From positions 1 to 17,886 of the forward strand of contig JAOZPR010000003.1 in the NCBI GenBank assembly GCA_029932645.1: 17,886 nt of DNA, in the 5' to 3' direction. Source of the stretch: Candidatus Aenigmatarchaeota archaeon (GTDB lineage: Archaea; Aenigmatarchaeota; Aenigmatarchaeia; GW2011-AR5; JAGGXF01). Shown here one piece after another: positions 1-7,298 of this stretch. Every line of letters starts with the position of its first letter. Position 1 is the first letter of the stretch. The notes beneath the pieces were generated by a model that ran no database searches, was not told where the DNA came from, and was given only the letters and a program-made list of their open reading frames with translations. Position numbers and translations under genes: made by a program.

Positions 1-152
1 CAAACTTCTCGGACATTAATATAAGTATTATTGCTTCTTTTTAAAACTTTGGGTAAGGACAGGGTTTGACTGGACTTCGATATTCATGATGATTAAAATC
101 TAAATCTTATAAGCTATGCCCTATAAATATAAACAATCGTGAGGTGATTATG

Positions 153-506
153 ATGGCTGAAAAGAGAAAACTCAAGTTTGGTATTAATCATGGGGGTCCG
201 GCGTTCTTTAGCGATGCTGCGACAATACGGTTTAATGAGGCCAAGTTTGCGCTTGATTTTAAACAAACATCTCCGCGGACAGATGAGCTGCCTGACGGAC
301 CGCACGACAGCATAGTAATACATCATAACGTGATAGTTGTTGATCCGCTGATGGCAAAAAACCTTGTTGATGTGATGGACAACCTTGTAAAAAAATATGA
401 GAAGCAGTTCGGGAAGATAAAAACATTCGGGAAGAAAAAAGGTATAAAAAAGAGACAAGCTGGTAAAAAGAAGTATTCTGTGGGCACATCAAGTTATATT
501 GGGTAA
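153..506 (+). CDS. DUF3467-like small conserved protein with basic C-terminal tail
   Basis: GAGGTG RBS at 141-146 ahead of ATGs at 150/153. The pattern F-x-LDF-x-Q...IVVDPLMAKNL...L...VKKYEKQFGKI and the terminal SYIG resemble DUF3467 proteins (recognised by eye). Confidence 0.6.
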   Translation: MAEKRKLKFGINHGGPAFFSDAATIRFNEAKFALDFKQTSPRTDELPDGPHDSIVIHHNVIVVDPLMAKNLVDVMDNLVKKYEKQFGKIKTFGKKKGIKKRQAGKKKYSVGTSSYIG

Positions 507-527
507 ACTACAAATAAAAACAAATAA

Positions 528-684
528 TAGCTCCGCCAGGAATTTCGCAACCCATCCTTGTAATATCGAAGCCTAAGTTTCTTTTGGGTGAACTTAAGCC
601 TTTTCTTTACAAAGAAAAGGGTTAGTTCGAACCTGGGTCACGAGGTCCAGGGCCTCGCATCCTTGGCCACTAGACTACGGAGCT
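528..684 (-). tRNA. tRNA-Gln(CUG) with 84-nt BHB intron at position 59/60 (exons 684-626 and 541-528; CCA not encoded)
   Basis: Minus strand reads AGCTCCG-TA-GTCT AGTGGCCAA GGAT-G-CGAGG CCCTGGA CCTCG-TGAC-CCAGG TTCGAA [intron] T CCTGG-CGGAGCT-A. It has the A1-U72 pair typical of archaeal tRNA-Gln, anticodon CTG at 650-648, and a perfect bulge-helix-bulge at the junctions. Confidence 0.95.
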
Positions 685-742
685 ATTGAAATGGGATAAA
701 AACTTAATTGCTGAAAGGTTTTAAAACTGAAGGGGTTTTGAA

Positions 743-976
743 TTAGCGGGATTGTATAGCCTTTGATCCTTCTTGTGTTATGACAAGACAAGACGAACCC
801 ACAGGATTTATCTGGTTTATGTATCCCATATTCAAGAGGTTTCTAACCGCAGAGTTAATTTCTGGTTTTGTTATTCTGCTTCCATCTGTCTGTAAAAATC
901 TTATAAGCTCTTGCTTGGTTATTAGTTTTGACTTGGAAAGCTTTTCCAGAATCTTTGTCTCTATATCAGATTCCAA
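743..976 (-). CDS. Small winged-helix protein, directly downstream of the DJ-1 gene
   Basis: 77 aa with a TTG start abutting the DJ-1 stop codon. ILEKL...ITKQEL...EINSAVRNLLNMGYI...LVITQEG is a wHTH pattern. Confidence 0.65.
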   Translation of the reverse strand: MESDIETKILEKLSKSKLITKQELIRFLQTDGSRITKPEINSAVRNLLNMGYINQINPVGSSCLVITQEGSKAIQSR

Positions 977-1507
977 TCACATCACCAATCTTTCCCTTAT
1001 TATATTTGCCTGGTTCTTGCCCTTAAGATTTTCTACTATTTTTAGAGCGAAGAGTATGGCAGCCCCTGCTGCCTGGCCTGTTATTATGTTGCCATCTTGC
1101 ACAACTTTTGCTGACCTTGGCTTTGGTATTTCTTTCTCCATGCCAGGATAAATCGTCGCTTCCTTGTCGTCCAAAATTCCAGTAGCAGCCAATACAGCCG
1201 GGCTTGCGCATATGGCGCAGACAAGCTTGCCTTTCTCATTAAAACTTTTGATTATGTTTTTTAGTGCAGCGCTTCTTAAAAAAACTTTGTAGGCGTTGCC
1301 GCCTGGCAGGATTATAGCAGAGTATTCGTCTGGGTTTACGTCATAAAGTTTCTTGTCTGCTATTGTTTTTATATTGTGTGCCCCTTCAAGAACAGTTGAT
1401 GTCAGACCTACGGTGGTAGTGGGTATTTCAGCCCTTCTGAGCACGTCTATAATGCTACATGCTTCTATCTCTTCAAACCCATCTGCGAGAACAACCATGA
1501 CTTTCAT
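977..1507 (-). CDS. DJ-1/PfpI (ThiJ/YajL) family glyoxalase/deglycase
   Basis: LADGFEEIEA, DVLRRA, IILPGG, the catalytic Cys in AICASP, and VVQDGNIIT. Confidence 0.93.
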   Translation of the reverse strand: MKVMVVLADGFEEIEACSIIDVLRRAEIPTTTVGLTSTVLEGAHNIKTIADKKLYDVNPDEYSAIILPGGNAYKVFLRSAALKNIIKSFNEKGKLVCAICASPAVLAATGILDDKEATIYPGMEKEIPKPRSAKVVQDGNIITGQAAGAAILFALKIVENLKGKNQANIIRERLVM

Positions 1508-1651
1508 TAACAGTCCCTCTGTTTGATTTTTTTAAATCCTCGTGCTTGTTTTCTAAACCCTCATAATAATGGTATTAATTTAAATAAACAACTATTAAAA
1601 ATTAAGTTATAATTGATAATAATTCAGAATTATTTCGCAGAGGTGAAAAAT

Positions 1652-2059
1652 ATGGGAACTATCGGAATGAGATTTTTGTCTATAAGCGGAAAGGTAAAGA
1701 AACAGGTAAAAAATAAAATAAGTGTCGGTTCTTCTCCTGTTATAGAAGATGTTGAAGAAAGAAAAACAGGACTTCCTGGGCTTGACAAAATTTTGGCAAT
1801 AAAATTCGCCTTCAAAACAAAATACGACCCGGATGTTGCCGAAATAGAATTGAAAGGAGAGCTCATGTACCAGACAAAAGAGTATGAAAAAGTATTGAAA
1901 GAGTGGAAAAAGAACAAGAAGCTGCCAAAAGAGATGATGGTCGACGTACTGAATACTATATTCAGAAGATGCCTGTCAAAGGTTATAGTGATATCAGAAG
2001 AATTGCAACTTCCGCCGCCAGTCAGATTTCCGCGGGTGACGACAAAAGAAAAATCTTAA
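1652..2059 (+). CDS. Conserved archaeal hypothetical protein, possibly SecB-like fold
   Basis: GAGGTG RBS before ATG 1652. Four beta-strands, then a helix, then the C-terminal LQLPPPVRFP motif reminiscent of SecB-like proteins (inference). Confidence 0.6.
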   Translation: MGTIGMRFLSISGKVKKQVKNKISVGSSPVIEDVEERKTGLPGLDKILAIKFAFKTKYDPDVAEIELKGELMYQTKEYEKVLKEWKKNKKLPKEMMVDVLNTIFRRCLSKVIVISEELQLPPPVRFPRVTTKEKS

Positions 2060-2111
2060 ATAGAAAGTTTAATAATTAGCATATAGATAATCGGTCTATG
2101 GGTGAGGTGGT

Positions 2112-2882
2112 TTGGTGAAAAATCTGAAAATTCAAGACTCTGTTGAAAAGTCTTTTCGATTTTCTTTTCAACTAAAAAAGTTTTTGCCATATTTTGTCTT
2201 TCAGCTAGTTGTTTTTGCCTTTATGGCAATTCCAATATGGAACATGATTAAAGCAGCGACAATGGGAAATTTGAATGCTTTATCGGTTGCCGCGGCCTTT
2301 GCCTCAAACTTTGGAACCATGATGCTTGGAGTGCTTGTAGCCATTGTTCTTGGCGTGCTTGTTCAGGGCACCTATATTCATAACTACCGGTTCAAAAAGT
2401 CGCTGAAGAAGAGCTTTAATTTTGCCAAGAAAAAATTCTGGAGCCTGCTTGGTGTTATGCTTGCTATCGCTGTTCTGACAACCATTGCATCTTTAATTCC
2501 AGTGCTTGGGTGGTTGCTTTCATTAATCGTGACTTTGGCGCTTATCTTCGGTTTTCAGGCAGTTGTTCTTAATAACATGGGCTTCAGCAAGGCCATTAAA
2601 AAATCATGGAACATATTCAGAAAGAACTGGCTTGGTGTTTTGGTCGCAGTTATAGTAATGTCTGTGATATCCATAGTGATTGCTTTCCTATTTGCGATAC
2701 CGATGCTGTTTGTACTTTTCTCAGCAATTGCGTCCTTTTCATCGGGGACTGCTACAGCATTTTCAGAATATGCGGTGCTGTTGTTGTTAACAGGTCTCGT
2801 GTTTTTGCTGGGTTCAGCGATTTCCAAGGTGTTCCAGATAGCGTTCCTGACAGAAATGTATATGAAACTAAAAGGCCGGTAG
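2112..2882 (+). CDS. Multi-pass membrane protein (about 6 TM, internal two-fold repeat, DUF975/GDPD-membrane-domain-like)
   Basis: Hydrophobic segments separated by SLKKSFNFAKKKFW and KAIKKSWNIFRKNW amphipathic repeats; GAGGTG RBS upstream. Confidence 0.8.
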   Translation: MVKNLKIQDSVEKSFRFSFQLKKFLPYFVFQLVVFAFMAIPIWNMIKAATMGNLNALSVAAAFASNFGTMMLGVLVAIVLGVLVQGTYIHNYRFKKSLKKSFNFAKKKFWSLLGVMLAIAVLTTIASLIPVLGWLLSLIVTLALIFGFQAVVLNNMGFSKAIKKSWNIFRKNWLGVLVAVIVMSVISIVIAFLFAIPMLFVLFSAIASFSSGTATAFSEYAVLLLLTGLVFLLGSAISKVFQIAFLTEMYMKLKGR

Positions 2883-2997
2883 GCCTTTTCTCTTTTTTAT
2901 TGTTGGGCTGGCGCCAAAAATCTTTATATAGTTACTACACTATAATAATAATACCTGATTCTGGGTAGTCTGTCGTATACGCGTTAGAGGGGAGAAT

Positions 2998-3378
2998 ATG
3001 AATTCAACAGAAACGCCAAAAGTGCCAACTATAGAAATGATAAATAAAAGGATTGAAAAATGTTTGAAAGAGTACAACAGCTTTCGTATCCACTCTATAT
3101 ACAGAAACCCATCATTATACGCACTTGGTTTCTTTAAGCTCAATGAAAAAATTAATCTGGTTGTGTATCCGGAACATGAAGTAAAAAAAGAAGAAATGAA
3201 AAAAGTTTTAGAAGAACTTGGTTGTAAGGCGCTTGATGAAAGAATGAACCAGTTTTTTATAGAAGTATCGGAAACGGAAATTGATAAAAGTGAGTATGAT
3301 GCTTTAGCAGCGCTTGTCGAAAATATAGAGAAATATTCTAAAATACCCAAAGAGCCGCACTACCCAAAAAATGCCTAA
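2998..3378 (+). CDS. Hypothetical protein (126 aa)
   Basis: GGGGAG RBS, charged soluble composition, fills the gap between neighbours; no family recognised. Confidence 0.7.
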   Translation: MNSTETPKVPTIEMINKRIEKCLKEYNSFRIHSIYRNPSLYALGFFKLNEKINLVVYPEHEVKKEEMKKVLEELGCKALDERMNQFFIEVSETEIDKSEYDALAALVENIEKYSKIPKEPHYPKNA

Positions 3379-3417
3379 ATCATAAACTAATAAAACCTTT
3401 CTTGATGAAATATAGTT

Positions 3418-3978
3418 ATGAAACATCATTTGTTCTTCGTGACCGGGAATGCGGGGAAGGTCAGGTCGTTGAACAATATTCTCAAAGAGCTGAAAAGCAA
3501 TGTCGTGGTGGAACAGCTGAAATATAATTATCCTGAAATAAAGGACGATGAAAAGATAGAAACCGTTGCATTGCTCGGTGCGAGCTATTGTTATAAAAAA
3601 TTCGGGAAAGGTGTCATTGTCACGGATGTTGGTCTGTTTATAGACGCGTTGAACGGGTTTCCGGGAATTAACACAAGCTTTGTGCTGAAAAAGATAGGAA
3701 CTATCGGCCTGATAAAACTGATGAAAGGTGTTAAAAACAGGTCTGTTGACTTCAGGCTTGCGCTTGGATATGCTGGCAAGAAGGGTTCAAAGGTTTTTTC
3801 AGCTTCTGTTTCCGGCAAGGTCGCACAGAGACCTGCTGGCCGTGGCGGTTTTGGGTTTGACCCGATATTTATTCTGGATGGACAAAAGAAGACCTTTGCA
3901 CAGGACCCTAGTCTGCGTGACAGGTACGGACCATTCAGGATGTGTGTAAAGAAGTTCATTCGGTGGTATGATAAATAG
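3418..3978 (+). CDS. Ham1/ITPase family non-canonical purine NTP pyrophosphatase, divergent
   Basis: FVTGNAGK, D-x-GLFIDALNGFPG and GFGFDPIF are present; the C-terminal SHR signature is absent. Confidence 0.88.
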   Translation: MKHHLFFVTGNAGKVRSLNNILKELKSNVVVEQLKYNYPEIKDDEKIETVALLGASYCYKKFGKGVIVTDVGLFIDALNGFPGINTSFVLKKIGTIGLIKLMKGVKNRSVDFRLALGYAGKKGSKVFSASVSGKVAQRPAGRGGFGFDPIFILDGQKKTFAQDPSLRDRYGPFRMCVKKFIRWYDK

Positions 3979-4047
3979 AATATAGTTATATGCTCCTTCT
4001 ATGAAAAAATAAATAATAAATATAAATCAGGGTAAGTAGTTATTGAT

Positions 4048-4371
4048 ATGGAAACAAAGCAAATCATAATAACCAGTGTTATAGTTATCTTCCTTCTTTA
4101 TTTAGTGTTCAACTTCCGTTCTGTGACCGCGAATCTTGTTGCTGGCGGACTGACCAAAGATTTTGTTTGTTCTAGGCATGGCGTGGAAACAGACATACTG
4201 AGATATCCGCACACTGAAGAAGATTATAATATAATAAGGTTGTGCTGCGAACAGCTCGGCGGTTTTTGGTACGACAGCACTGACAGGATTATGAAATGCA
4301 GCTCTATGTTCATGTGTTCTGGCCGTTATAACCCGAAGAAGCCGTGGCCGCATTGTGTTCTATTGTCTTAA
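4048..4371 (+). CDS. Small exported or membrane-anchored Cys-rich protein
   Basis: N-terminal hydrophobic helix (IIITSVIVIFLLYLVF) followed by a ~80-aa domain with 6 Cys. Confidence 0.65.
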   Translation: METKQIIITSVIVIFLLYLVFNFRSVTANLVAGGLTKDFVCSRHGVETDILRYPHTEEDYNIIRLCCEQLGGFWYDSTDRIMKCSSMFMCSGRYNPKKPWPHCVLLS

Positions 4372-4406
4372 AAATAGGTATTAATAAATATATTTAGAAA
4401 TATATA

Positions 4407-4985
4407 TTAATTGTTCTCTGTTTCTAGCTCTGTTGGGGCTTTGTTTTCCTCTGGTTTGGGCTCTTCGGTGGTTGCTGGCTCTTCTGCTGATTGTTCTCCG
4501 CTGTCTGTCATGATGTTTTGCCTGTCCTGACCTGCTCGTGCCAGCTCCAACTGCAAAACATCGTCAAAATCCTTGCTTATTCTTCTTGTCCTTCTTATGA
4601 AGGCGCCGAAGGAAGACTCAACCTTGTCTATGAGCCGGTTAACAGTAGTGGCAGAGAGCATGTAACCTTTGACAAAGTCTGTTCCGACTGGTATTTTCAC
4701 AAATTCTATTATCCCCAGTGTGCGCCATTTCCTTATCTCTTCATATGCCTGAGACTCAGAAACGCCCAGATACTCAGCTACCTGACCAATGGAAATGGGT
4801 ATGTTTTCCCGTTTCATCTTTAGCATTTCTTCCAGCAGTTTTGCATGATTCGCCTTGCTTTCTTTCCTTTTGACACCAAGTCGCCTGACAATAACCTCAG
4901 AAAAATCTCTGATTGTGAGCCTTTTTTTATAATCTGGCGGGTGAATATTCTTAAAAACCATGTCAGACATTCTTTTTTTTGTCAT
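4407..4985 (-). CDS. Winged-helix DNA-binding protein with C-terminal helix and acidic disordered tail
   Basis: ISIGQVAEYLGVSESQAYEEIRKWRTLGIIEF HTH plus wing. An AGGAGG RBS precedes ATG 4985, overlapping the end of the dCMP deaminase gene. Confidence 0.78.
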   Translation of the reverse strand: MTKKRMSDMVFKNIHPPDYKKRLTIRDFSEVIVRRLGVKRKESKANHAKLLEEMLKMKRENIPISIGQVAEYLGVSESQAYEEIRKWRTLGIIEFVKIPVGTDFVKGYMLSATTVNRLIDKVESSFGAFIRRTRRISKDFDDVLQLELARAGQDRQNIMTDSGEQSAEEPATTEEPKPEENKAPTELETENN

Positions 4986-5490
4986 TTTTATGTGCCTCCT
5001 TATCATTCTCTCCTAGTTCGTCTTCGAAATGGATAACTTGTATCCCGGCCTCTTTCAAGAGGGCAAGTGCCTTCGAATCAAGGCCGTCGTCATGAAAGTA
5101 TTTCGAGCTGTACACAAATCGCTTGATCCCGGCTGTTACTATCATCTTCGCGCAGGTATAACACGGGTTTATAGTAGAATACATGGTCGCCCCCTTACAC
5201 GAAACACCATGAACAGCACACTGTATTATAGCATTCTGCTCTGCGTGTAGTGTTCGTATACAATGATCTTTAACAATATCTTTTCCGTCTACCCTTTTAA
5301 CAGTGGGAACAATAAAACAGCCTACATCGTCGCAGTGTGGCATACCGGGTGGTGAGCCATTATAGCCCGTGGCTATTATTCGCTTGTCCTTCACGATTAT
5401 TGCGCCCAGTCTTTTTCTGGGGCATGTGGCACGCGTGGCCACTTGTCTAGCTATGTTCATAAAATATTCATCCCAACTAACCCTTTTCAT
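4963..5490 (-). CDS. dCMP deaminase (ComEB-like Zn-dependent deaminase)
   Basis: WDEYFM, RATC, ATGYNG, HAEQNAI and PCYTC motifs. Confidence 0.95.
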   Translation of the reverse strand: MKRVSWDEYFMNIARQVATRATCPRKRLGAIIVKDKRIIATGYNGSPPGMPHCDDVGCFIVPTVKRVDGKDIVKDHCIRTLHAEQNAIIQCAVHGVSCKGATMYSTINPCYTCAKMIVTAGIKRFVYSSKYFHDDGLDSKALALLKEAGIQVIHFEDELGENDKEAHKNDKKKNV

Positions 5491-5574
5491 TGAACAACAC
5501 CACCCATTTGATTGCTTTTCATATGCTCTGATATATTAAGATACATAAGGAACTTCCGATATTTATATTTAATG

Positions 5575-5973
5575 TTAGACATAAGGCTCGTCATATTCTG
5601 AAGACTGCGCTGGTTCTGTTTCTTTCTTGAACCTGACCTTTGCTTCTGGGAATGTCATTGGCCTGACTGCGTCGTGGTATGGTTTGCCATCCTTATGATA
5701 TTCTTTAATATGCGCATTAACCCTGTCCTCTATAATATCTTCAACGCGCACACCAACGCTGTTGCAAAGCGAGACAAACCTCAATAAAAGCTCAGCCAGG
5801 TGCCCCTTGATTCTGCTTTTACTGTTCTCCTCAAAAGCGCGTTCTAGCTTTGCACATTCCTCCTTGGCCATTGTAAAAGATTCCTTGGGTTCTCTGGTCC
5901 TGTATATCTTATGCGTTTCTGCCTGGAGAAGCCTGAGACCAGCCTTTATCTTTTCATTTATTATATATGCCAT
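5575..5973 (-). CDS. MazG-like all-alpha NTP pyrophosphohydrolase fold, degenerate metal-binding motifs
   Basis: LQ...IY...EECAKL...IKGHLAELL...SLCNSVGVRVED aligns by eye to MazG-like EExxE...ExxD...xAN..giDle. ATG 5973 is the more likely start than the one in the ORF track. Confidence 0.5.
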   Translation of the reverse strand: MAYIINEKIKAGLRLLQAETHKIYRTREPKESFTMAKEECAKLERAFEENSKSRIKGHLAELLLRFVSLCNSVGVRVEDIIEDRVNAHIKEYHKDGKPYHDAVRPMTFPEAKVRFKKETEPAQSSEYDEPYV

Positions 5974-6212
5974 ATGATTACCTGATTGTTCGCAAACCTG
6001 GCCGAGAGAGAATTTCATCTTTAATGCGGAGTAAAATAAAAAATACGCTGTTTTTGTACTTTTTGCCGAATTGGCTTGGTTATGCTACAACTACTTAGGC
6101 TTGAACCTTTTTATTATTTACTGATACGACCAAAAACTCCTAATGCGAGCGGGAGTAAGTGATTTTTCTCGTTTTCTGCTGAAGGCGGCCTAAAATGAGT
6201 TTCAGAATTTAG

Positions 6213-6704
6213 TCAGAATTTATATTTTTCTAATTCTTTTTCTAATTTCTTAAGCCTCTCCTTTTTTGCTTCGTCAAGTTGTTTCTTCATTTCTTTAGGT
6301 AGTGGGGGGTTGAATTTCTTTACCTTTTCAATATTCTCTAGTATCTCCTTTGGTGTCATGTGATGTTCTTCGGGTTCATCATAAGGCCTGCTGGTCTTTA
6401 ATCTAGAGTAACAATAGTAACAAACAAGACAAGATAAGAAAACCCCCACGCCAACCACTGATGCGTAACCAGCAGCTTTTTCATTTATCTGATATTTATG
6501 TGATAGTTTAGGCAATTCTGAAGGGAAAGAAGAAAAAGCATTTTTTAAATTTCCCAATTTGTAACCCAAGTCTTCCCCTATATAATGAACTAGCTCTCTA
6601 ACATCTCCACCTTTCCATGCATATGTAGTCACACCGCCAAGAAAGCCTGTAACAAGCGTAAGAGCGCCAGCCATTACAGCATTTCTTTTTCCCATCTCAA
6701 ACAC
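6213..6704 (-). CDS. Hypothetical membrane protein with 2 TM helices and charged C-terminal coil
   Basis: Two hydrophobic stretches (AVMAGALTLVTGFLGGV; YASVVGVGVFLSCLVCYYCY) and a K/E-rich tail. Confidence 0.7.
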   Translation of the reverse strand: MFEMGKRNAVMAGALTLVTGFLGGVTTYAWKGGDVRELVHYIGEDLGYKLGNLKNAFSSFPSELPKLSHKYQINEKAAGYASVVGVGVFLSCLVCYYCYSRLKTSRPYDEPEEHHMTPKEILENIEKVKKFNPPLPKEMKKQLDEAKKERLKKLEKELEKYKF

Positions 6705-6857
6705 CCCAAGTCATAATTGGTTTTACCATGTATTGCAACTATAATCCGGGAGACTTCTATTTGAACAGCCCGTGCTTCCTCTTCTATTGCCGCAAAACAA
6801 TTTAGCTAGAAAACCTTAAATTTGTCACTCTTGGGTAGAAAGTAGGTGTTTTTTGGG

Positions 6858-7136
6858 CTATTTGCTGAACTTTCTCAGCAGGGCTTCTGTGACGTCGGCG
6901 AGCTCCTTTCCGCGGTCTGTGAGGCTGATGAACTTGACCCTGCCCGTCTTCTCGAACTCAACAAGCCCGAGTTGCTTGAACGTGTTGAGAAGCTTAACTA
7001 TGTGCGAATATGTGCAGTCTGTTTCCTTTGCGAGCACAGACACATACTTCGGACCTTTTCCAGTCTTGAGGCTCATCAAAAGCCTGACTGGCTTTTTTCT
7101 GAGGAATAAATTTTCCAGTTCTGTTTTGTTTGTCAT
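6858..7136 (-). CDS. Archaeal MarR-like winged-helix DNA-binding protein
   Basis: YVSVLAKETDCTYSHIVKLLNTFKQLGLVEFEKTGRVKFISLTDRG is a classic wHTH. Start is ATG 7136 or GTG 7142. Confidence 0.85.
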   Translation of the reverse strand: MTNKTELENLFLRKKPVRLLMSLKTGKGPKYVSVLAKETDCTYSHIVKLLNTFKQLGLVEFEKTGRVKFISLTDRGKELADVTEALLRKFSK

Positions 7137-7142
7137 GACCAC

Positions 7143-7162
7143 ACTTCACAAAACTTCACAAA
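7143..7162. promoter_or_regulatory. Tandem ACTTCACAAA x2 immediately upstream of the wHTH gene
   Basis: Exact 10-bp tandem repeat. The TTCAC core and 10-bp spacing match the arrays at 13681-14408. Confidence 0.45.
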
Positions 7163-7298
7163 CTATAAGTAAAATTATTCGGTAACTTATATTGCTCACA
7201 AATGAAAATAAACGACCCCACTATTTTCCTCTTTGTAAGAACCCCTTTAAATAATTTTTTTGTTTTATTTTTGTTTTGTTTTTTCTTTTGTATGTTAC

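Noticed and set aside
1..16. Possible start of a minus-strand gene (MSEKF...) leaving the window
   Set aside because: Only five codons are visible; it cannot be supported.
528..684. tRNA as integration site of a mobile element
   Set aside because: No duplicated tRNA 3' end or integrase in the window; the interruption is fully explained by a BHB intron.
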